This document shows positions 58,298 to 64,000 of a DNA stretch of 64,000 bases, in pieces. Both the position numbers and the translations under genes were made by a program. The DNA comes from Blastocatellia bacterium. GTDB lineage: Bacteria; Acidobacteriota; Blastocatellia; UBA7656. Each line of letters starts with the position of its first letter. Position 1 is the stretch's first letter. The DNA lies in NCBI GenBank assembly GCA_963765495.1, contig CAVXWP010000001.1, forward strand, positions 591,898-655,897, read 5' to 3'. The notes beneath the pieces were generated by a model. It made no database searches, was not told where the DNA came from, and saw only the letters and a list, made by a program, of their open reading frames with translations.

Positions 58298-60388
58298 ATG
58301 AAACACTGCCCCGCTTGCGAAAAGCTTTACGATGACCATCTCTTATTCTGCCCGTTTGACGGTCAATCGCTGTTTGTCCAGTTAGAGCCGGATCATTTGA
58401 TCGGCACAATTATCAGCAACAAATACAGAATCGAAGCCATCATTGATGAAGGCGGATTGAGCCACGTCTATAAAGCCACGCACATGCAGATGGATTACCC
58501 CGTAGCCATCAAGGTCCTCAACCCGGAACATACATCAAATGAAGTGCTTCTTGAATACTTTCGCCGAAAAGCACGCGCTGCGGCTCAGATTCAGCACCTC
58601 AACGCCATCGCCGTTACAGACTTCGGGCTGGACGCGGGCGCGGGGCTGGCTTACATGGTCATGGAACTGCTCGAAGGCCGCAGTCTGAGGAAAAAACTTC
58701 GGGAAGAGGGCATGCTCGGTTACGAAGAGACATATCTCATCGTTGAACAGACCTGCCTGGCTTTGCATTACGCGCACGCGAGAGACATCATTCATTGCGA
58801 TCTGAAACCGGAAAATATCTTCCTGCTCAAGTATCAGGACGGCTCGGAGCCGGTCAAGGTGCTCGATTTCGGAATCTACAGGCAACAGAGCGCCGCCGAC
58901 CTCCTGGCTCTCACTCAGCATGGGCTCCTTGCCGGAACACCCGATTACATGTCGCCTGAGCTTGGGCGCGGCGAATCCATAGATGCCCGCTCCGATATTT
59001 ACAGCCTCGGAGCTATCATCTACGAGATGCTGACGGGCTCTGTCGTGTTTGAAGCGCCTACGCCTGTAGCCGTCGTCGTCAAACACGCGAGCGACCCGCC
59101 CCGTCGCTTGCAGGAATTCCGGCCCGATATCCCTCCCCGTATAGAACAGATCGTGCTGCGCGCTCTCAGTAAGAGGCGGGAAGACCGTCAGGAAACGGTC
59201 GCGGAACTGGTTCACGAATTTGAGGAAGCGCTTTACACAAGCGGCATAGCGCCGAGGCGCACAGGCACAAAGGTGTTTCACTCTCCCTACCTTCCACCCT
59301 CCCCCGACACGCCGACAACCGCAGAGATAATCTCTGAGCCGGGCCGCCCGATCCCCACTCCCCAAAGCGAAGAGGTAGGCAGAACCGTCCCGCTCCAACA
59401 CGCTCAATTCGACAGGTCTCAGTTTGATATATCTCAATCGCCCAAAGCTTCCGGCTACGATGATTCAAGTGCCTCGATGCACAGGTCTACGCCTGCGCCT
59501 GCCTATAGCTCACAACAAAGCGCGCCGCAGAAGTTCAACACCCCTTCATATGCTCCCGAATCTGCGCGCGCGCCCGATGAGACAGCGACGAGGCTTACGG
59601 CAGCGAAAAAGTATTTGATACCTGTCGGGGCCATAGCCGCGATAGCCCTTTTGATTCTGGCAGCGGTGCTTCTGAATAAAAAGGGTACGGATGAAGGAGC
59701 TTCGTCGGAAACAGGCCGTGAAAGCACAACCACAGGCGCGCCGCCCGGAATGGTGAAGATCAAAGGATACCAGTTGCGCGTAGGCGGAGGCGGTTCCGCG
59801 CCGCCACAAGTTGTAAAGGTCCCGGATTACTTTTTCGATATTCAGGAAGTAACAAACGAAGAATATCAGAAGTTTGTCAAAGAGACGAAACACACACCGC
59901 CTCCTGATTGGCGAAATGATCAGTTCAAATCGGGCGCTGCCCGTCTGCCCGTAGTCAATGTTTCGTGGGAAGACGCAAAGGCCTACGCCGAGTGGGCGGG
60001 TAAGCGACTGCCGACCGAGACCGAGTGGGAATTTGCTGCGCGCGGAGAAACTCAGCAGCGTTACCCCTGGGGTGATGACTGGTCTCCTGATAATGCTAAC
60101 TTGAAGGAGAGCGGGATAGGAAAACCCGTGGCGGTTGGCTCTTACGCACAGGGCCGCAGCTGGTGCGGCGCGCGAGATTTGATAGGCAATGTGGCCGAGT
60201 GGGTTACAAGCGAAGGGCCTCTTTACCCTGGAACGGGAGTCCAAAGCGATCCGCGACTGAGGGTTTTTCGCGGCGGATCATACTTTCATTCTAAAGATGA
60301 AAACCCGACAACGAATCGCTGGGTGGAATTTGCCACACGAAAGCTGCCTTATGTCGGCTTCCGTTGCGCAAAGGGCGTGCCCCGATGA
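58298..60388 (+). CDS. Ser/Thr protein kinase-FGE-sulfatase domain fusion (paralogue of 48089..50095)
   Basis: CPACEKLYDDHLLFCPFDG; HCDLKPENIFL; C-terminal YAEWAGKRLPTETEWEFAARG...GNVAEWV...RGGSY. Confidence 0.85.
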   Translation: MKHCPACEKLYDDHLLFCPFDGQSLFVQLEPDHLIGTIISNKYRIEAIIDEGGLSHVYKATHMQMDYPVAIKVLNPEHTSNEVLLEYFRRKARAAAQIQHLNAIAVTDFGLDAGAGLAYMVMELLEGRSLRKKLREEGMLGYEETYLIVEQTCLALHYAHARDIIHCDLKPENIFLLKYQDGSEPVKVLDFGIYRQQSAADLLALTQHGLLAGTPDYMSPELGRGESIDARSDIYSLGAIIYEMLTGSVVFEAPTPVAVVVKHASDPPRRLQEFRPDIPPRIEQIVLRALSKRREDRQETVAELVHEFEEALYTSGIAPRRTGTKVFHSPYLPPSPDTPTTAEIISEPGRPIPTPQSEEVGRTVPLQHAQFDRSQFDISQSPKASGYDDSSASMHRSTPAPAYSSQQSAPQKFNTPSYAPESARAPDETATRLTAAKKYLIPVGAIAAIALLILAAVLLNKKGTDEGASSETGRESTTTGAPPGMVKIKGYQLRVGGGGSAPPQVVKVPDYFFDIQEVTNEEYQKFVKETKHTPPPDWRNDQFKSGAARLPVVNVSWEDAKAYAEWAGKRLPTETEWEFAARGETQQRYPWGDDWSPDNANLKESGIGKPVAVGSYAQGRSWCGARDLIGNVAEWVTSEGPLYPGTGVQSDPRLRVFRGGSYFHSKDENPTTNRWVEFATRKLPYVGFRCAKGVPR

Positions 60389-60472
60389 CAGCATCGCGCT
60401 CCGCGATGCTGTATCTCGAATCTCAAATTTCAGATCTCAGGTGTGTAATCAATCATCAATGAGAAAAAAGAG

Positions 60473-60554
60473 CGGAGGGGACAGGACTCGAACCTGCAAG
60501 GGCTTTCGCCCGGCGGTTTTCAAGACCGCTTCCTTACCATTAGGATACCCCTCC
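60473..60554 (-). tRNA. tRNA-Ser (anticodon UGA), class II with 15-nt variable arm
   Basis: Reverse complement reads GGAGGGG-TA-TCCT-AATGGTA-AGGA-A-GCGGT-CTTGAAA-ACCGC-CGGGCGAAAGCCCTT-GCAGG-TTCGAGT-CCTGT-CCCCTCC-G. Cloverleaf checked by hand; CCA not encoded. Confidence 0.85.
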
Positions 60555-60572
60555 GTAAGGTGACAGCTGTAG

Positions 60573-60602
60573 AGTATAGGTGATGCCGGTCCGGCTTTTC
60601 AA
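60573..60602 (-). promoter_or_regulatory. tRNA-Ser promoter TTGAAA-18-TATACT
   Basis: Minus-strand read ttgaaaagccggaccggcatcacctatact, then 18 nt to the tRNA 5' end; AT-rich UP region upstream. Confidence 0.5.
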
Positions 60603-60634
60603 GATATGGATGTTTCTGAGAAAAATATCGACGC

Positions 60635-60687
60635 AAAAATGAGAGTAAAATAAAAATGAGGGTAAAATAATGAGGACAAAAAAATAA
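60635..60687. repeat. AT-rich direct repeats AAAAATGAG(A/G)GTAAAATAA, about 2.5 copies, upstream of the tRNA promoter
   Basis: aaaaatgagagtaaaataaaaatgagggtaaaataatgaggacaaaaaaataa. Confidence 0.5.
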
Positions 60688-61080
60688 CGGAAGAGTCCCT
60701 CGGGCGAGTTTCCCTTCCGTTTTCTGCGTCCCTTCAATGGTTGTGTCCCTCAACCAGAGAAGAAGAGGAGGTTATTTGACAGCCACAATCCAAATTCCCT
60801 CATGGTTGCCGAGTTGCCCGCAATATATCAAACCCTGTCTCTCATAAAAACCCTGCTTACTCATAAAGCAAAAAAAAGTATCGGTTCGCGCAGGAACCGA
60901 ACTTCGGTTCTCTGAAGAAAAGCCGGAAAATATGTCTCCGAGCCTAGGCCGGTTTAAATTCGTCGAAAAGGATTAATCATAGTGAACCGGGGGCTGCTTA
61001 AACCTCTGTCTCGCCTGGATGTAGATATGATATGATGCGCCGAGCGTTTAGACCTCAGAGATTCAGGAGTGTAAGAAATC

Positions 61081-63537
61081 ATGGCTAAAACAAATGAGGG
61101 CGTGAAGTGGGGCGCGCTGATGCTGACTCTGATTTTGCTCGCAAGCTCGATCACTCTGCCAGTGGCGCGCGCGTCTGATTTCGGCGAGAAATCGACCTTT
61201 GCGGCTCGACAGGATTTCGACGAAGATTCGATCACTTTCGATAACCTGCTTCCGGCGGGCGGTTATTCGCTCTATATCGAAATGCGCAATGTAGGTCAGC
61301 AGGTAAAGTCGGGTGGATTTGCCGAGATTCTTGGTCCTCTTTTGCCTATAGTGAGCGGAGGCGCGCGCGAGGTAACCGAGCTTGTCGCCTTTGTCACCGA
61401 ACATGCCGACCAGTTATCCCGGTCGCGTATGATGGTTGCCGCAATGGCTGCTAACGCCTCGCTTCCGCAGGTGGTCTTTGCTCTTGAGATGAGTTCCCCC
61501 GACGGTGCAAAAGAATTCGAACCGGCGTTTCGAAGCTTTCTCTCATCTATGATGCATTCGCCGCCCGGCGTGCTCGCAGGCCCGCAGCCGTCGGCCGAGG
61601 AAGCTGCGCCTCAACCGAATCTTATTAAACGGGCGGGGAGCCTGCTTATAGTCAGCGACGCGCAGTTCTCTTTCAAATCGCTCAGGCGCGAAGACGGGAA
61701 GCTTCTCTCAAATGACCCAAACTTTCGCGCGGCGCGTGACCGCTTCTATTCCGAAATTCTATTCGTCTATTACGATATGGCCTTGAGCGAACGCGCAGCC
61801 AGCGAGCGATACGACTCCTATGACACAGCCAGCCGGACGGCCGAAATGCAGACCGAGATTCCACCGCCTGCCGAACAGACCGGGGATGCTTCGGTAGAGG
61901 CTCCCCGGTCCGAGCCGGTCCATCAAGCGCCCGCTGTGGTTGCAACTCCCGAAGTCAAAACTACCGAAACCGGAGAAGATGCAGGTGCTGCCGCCTCGGG
62001 CGCGCAAACCTCACCGCCGCGCAAGGGCCGGAGGCGGACGCGCGCCGCCGCGCAGCCAAAGGGTGCGGGCACAGGCAAGGTCGGGAACAAACCCGAAATA
62101 GTGGCTTCTGTAGGTGAGACACCGGCCCCGGACGCCACGGACAACACAAATCGCGGAGATCAATTTGAGGGGATGCTCTCTTTCCTGTTTAGCGGCAGTA
62201 TGAGAGAGGCAAGACCGCCTCAGTCCATAGCTCTTGCTCTCGGGTTGGATGGCGATGAATTGCTCATCCACGCTCTGCTGATAAATGAATTTGGAGCGCC
62301 CGCAAGTCCGCTTCCTTTCTTTACGTCTCTGGTTTCAGGTCCTCCATTGCCGCCCGAAGCCGCCGCGTATGCGCCCTCGGATACGGAAATATTTGTGAGC
62401 GCATCGCTCGACCTGGCGCGCAACTACATTTCGATCTTCGATATGGCCGGGGGGCCGAGTCAGTTGAACCTGAACCCGGGAAGAAAGCAGAAAGAGAAGA
62501 CCGAGACGTTTGAAATGAAGATAGCGGCCTTTGAGAAAAAGCATGGCTTCAAGGTTAAAGACGTATTGCTTGCCTCTCTTGGCAATGAGGTTGCGCTGAG
62601 TGCTCAGGGGTCGCTCTTTTCCGGGCGAAGCTCTCCTTCGGGTGTCTCCTCTTCTCAAATATCACAGGCAGGCCCGATTCTTTTTATCTCGGTTCAAGAC
62701 AAGGTCGCTTTGCAGCCAAAGCTTGTACCGATACTGGAATTACTGGGATTGAAGACGGCCAGTGAAAAAGGTGTGACCGAAAAGCACGGGGAGATTGAAA
62801 TCACCAGCTACAGCAAGCTCTCTTTCGCATTCATCAACAACTTTCTGTTGCTGGCTCAGAATGCCGCCTCCCTGCGCCGTGCGATAGAGGCTTATACCAC
62901 AAATCAAACGCTTGTAGGAGATCGCGATTTTCACAATTATATGCGCTGGCAGCCGCGCAATCTGCTCGCCCAGGTTTATGTTTCAAGCGCGATTATGAAG
63001 GGGCTGCTTGATGAAACCAAGAAGGCGGCCGAAGAGACCGATGATGAAACACGCGAATTTATCGAGCAGTTGAATTTCGCGCCTGAGCCGATCACATATG
63101 CGGCAGAGTCGGATATAATCGGGCCTCATTACGAATTGCATCTTCCAAAGAGCCTGATATTGATGATGATTGCGCAAATGACGACGGGCGCAAACCGGGG
63201 GCGAATTCCTGCAAATGAGGGATTGGTAAGATATATGTTTACGACGTTGCACGAGGCTGAGGTGCAATACCAGAGCCAGCACGGAAGATTTGCCAGCGCC
63301 GACGAGCTTGAGGAAGCCAAGATGTTCGATAAATCAGTCTTCGATGGGATGGGCTACAGCTTTGAACTGAGCGCGTCAGGCGGCAGGTATCAGGCTACGG
63401 CTGCGCCGCTCACCTACGGCAAGACGGGTCGCGTATCTTTCTATATTGATGAGACGGGCGTTATCAGAGAGGGCGATCACGAAGGAAAACCCGCGACCGG
63501 GGCAGATAAGGCGTCGTCGCAGACGGGCAAGAACTGA
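61081..63537 (+). CDS. large hypothetical secreted protein (818 aa) with Pro/Ala-rich low-complexity centre
   Basis: Signal peptide MAKTNEGVKWGALMLTLILLASS...; no family recognised. Confidence 0.55.
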   Translation: MAKTNEGVKWGALMLTLILLASSITLPVARASDFGEKSTFAARQDFDEDSITFDNLLPAGGYSLYIEMRNVGQQVKSGGFAEILGPLLPIVSGGAREVTELVAFVTEHADQLSRSRMMVAAMAANASLPQVVFALEMSSPDGAKEFEPAFRSFLSSMMHSPPGVLAGPQPSAEEAAPQPNLIKRAGSLLIVSDAQFSFKSLRREDGKLLSNDPNFRAARDRFYSEILFVYYDMALSERAASERYDSYDTASRTAEMQTEIPPPAEQTGDASVEAPRSEPVHQAPAVVATPEVKTTETGEDAGAAASGAQTSPPRKGRRRTRAAAQPKGAGTGKVGNKPEIVASVGETPAPDATDNTNRGDQFEGMLSFLFSGSMREARPPQSIALALGLDGDELLIHALLINEFGAPASPLPFFTSLVSGPPLPPEAAAYAPSDTEIFVSASLDLARNYISIFDMAGGPSQLNLNPGRKQKEKTETFEMKIAAFEKKHGFKVKDVLLASLGNEVALSAQGSLFSGRSSPSGVSSSQISQAGPILFISVQDKVALQPKLVPILELLGLKTASEKGVTEKHGEIEITSYSKLSFAFINNFLLLAQNAASLRRAIEAYTTNQTLVGDRDFHNYMRWQPRNLLAQVYVSSAIMKGLLDETKKAAEETDDETREFIEQLNFAPEPITYAAESDIIGPHYELHLPKSLILMMIAQMTTGANRGRIPANEGLVRYMFTTLHEAEVQYQSQHGRFASADELEEAKMFDKSVFDGMGYSFELSASGGRYQATAAPLTYGKTGRVSFYIDETGVIREGDHEGKPATGADKASSQTGKN

Positions 63538-63544
63538 ATAAAAA

Positions 63545-63668
63545 TCGTGATGCGGTCAATGATGCGTGATGCGTGATGCGTGATTTAGCAGACTATCAAG
63601 CTGTCTTAAACCTGCGGTCTGCCGTATAGTCACAAATCACTCTTCACGCATCATTGACCGCGTCACTG
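63545..63668. repeat. heptamer-tandem palindromic element (GCGTGAT x4; shares GATGCGTGATTTAGCAG and GTGAAGAGTGAT blocks with the 31642 element)
   Basis: aatcgtgatgcggtcaatgatgcgtgatgcgtgatgcgtgatttagcagac ... gtcacaaatcactcttcacgcatcattgaccgcgtcac. Confidence 0.75.
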
Positions 63669-64000
63669 GCCGATGACAGCTTTTCCAGCTTATAACGCTG
63701 ATCAATTAGCTTGATCGCAAGATAAGAGAGCGCAAACAGTCCGTATCTTTGCTCGGCAGTCAGAGTGCGGGGCACGCGGTCTATCACGCAGAGCGATCCA
63801 AGCGCATACCCATCAAAAGTGACAAGCGGCGCTCCGGCGTAGAAGCGCACACCTGCTTCGCCGATAACGAAAGGGTTTGAAGAGAAACGCGCATCAGTCG
63901 AGGCATCTTCGATTATAAACAGACCGTGATGGCGGATCGTATGAGCGCAGAAGGCGACCTCTCGCGGCGATTCGTTTATATCTAATCCGACCTTTGATTT
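63644..64000 (-). CDS. GAF-domain protein, C-terminal part (gene start beyond window end)
   Basis: Minus frame continues upstream of the track ATG: ...EDASTDARFSSNPFVIGEAGVRFYAGAPLVTFDGYALGSLCVIDRVPRTLTAEQ... (GAF signature). Confidence 0.6.
   Translation of the reverse strand, partial: KSKVGLDINESPREVAFCAHTIRHHGLFIIEDASTDARFSSNPFVIGEAGVRFYAGAPLVTFDGYALGSLCVIDRVPRTLTAEQRYGLFALSYLAIKLIDQRYKLEKLSSASDAVNDA

Noticed and set aside
58535-60244. 300-aa and 232-aa minus-strand ORFs
   Set aside because: Antisense to the second kinase-FGE gene.
60555-61080. AT-rich region next to tRNA-Ser as an integrative-element scar / att site
   Set aside because: It lies on the 5' side of the tRNA and contains a canonical tRNA promoter; no duplicated tRNA 3' segment or integrase gene nearby.

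Overview
High-GC (~58-60%) chromosomal segment that looks acidobacterial: several TonB-dependent-receptor-like outer-membrane proteins with carboxypeptidase-regulatory-like N-domains, Ser/Thr kinases fused to FGE-sulfatase domains, and many TPR/HEAT/PEGA secreted proteins. Gene content is mostly housekeeping, envelope and signalling. It includes a sensor kinase/OmpR-type regulator pair followed by sat (ATP sulfurylase), and a phospholipid operon (CDP-alcohol phosphatidyltransferase, cdsA, plsC). It also includes mdh, an operon of rimO-pgpA-nadD-like-cinA, a glycogen/trehalose cluster (malQ, treZ, GDE-type debranching enzyme), and tRNA-Ser(UGA) with a textbook promoter. Read by eye, the unusual content is: (1) a family of at least 8 intergenic palindromic elements whose arms are tandem 7-8 nt direct repeats (GCGTGAT, GTGAAGC, CACAGAG, GGGATGA types), two of which create false N-terminal ORF extensions and one of which sits between the HK and RR cistrons; (2) a ~4.9 kb gingipain-like (peptidase C25) secreted protein gene broken into 5 frame segments by 3 frameshifts and one in-frame TAA; (3) a ~2 kb low-GC island with a transposase-like gene next to rimO/malQ; (4) a conserved direct-repeat motif plus extended -10 shared by the HK-RR promoter and the phospholipid operon promoter; (5) two paralogous kinase-FGE fusions bracketing a PEGA/TPR/TonB-like cluster; (6) a 13-bp x6 tandem repeat and a candidate small RNA. 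No CRISPR array, rRNA or obvious defence-system genes were seen.
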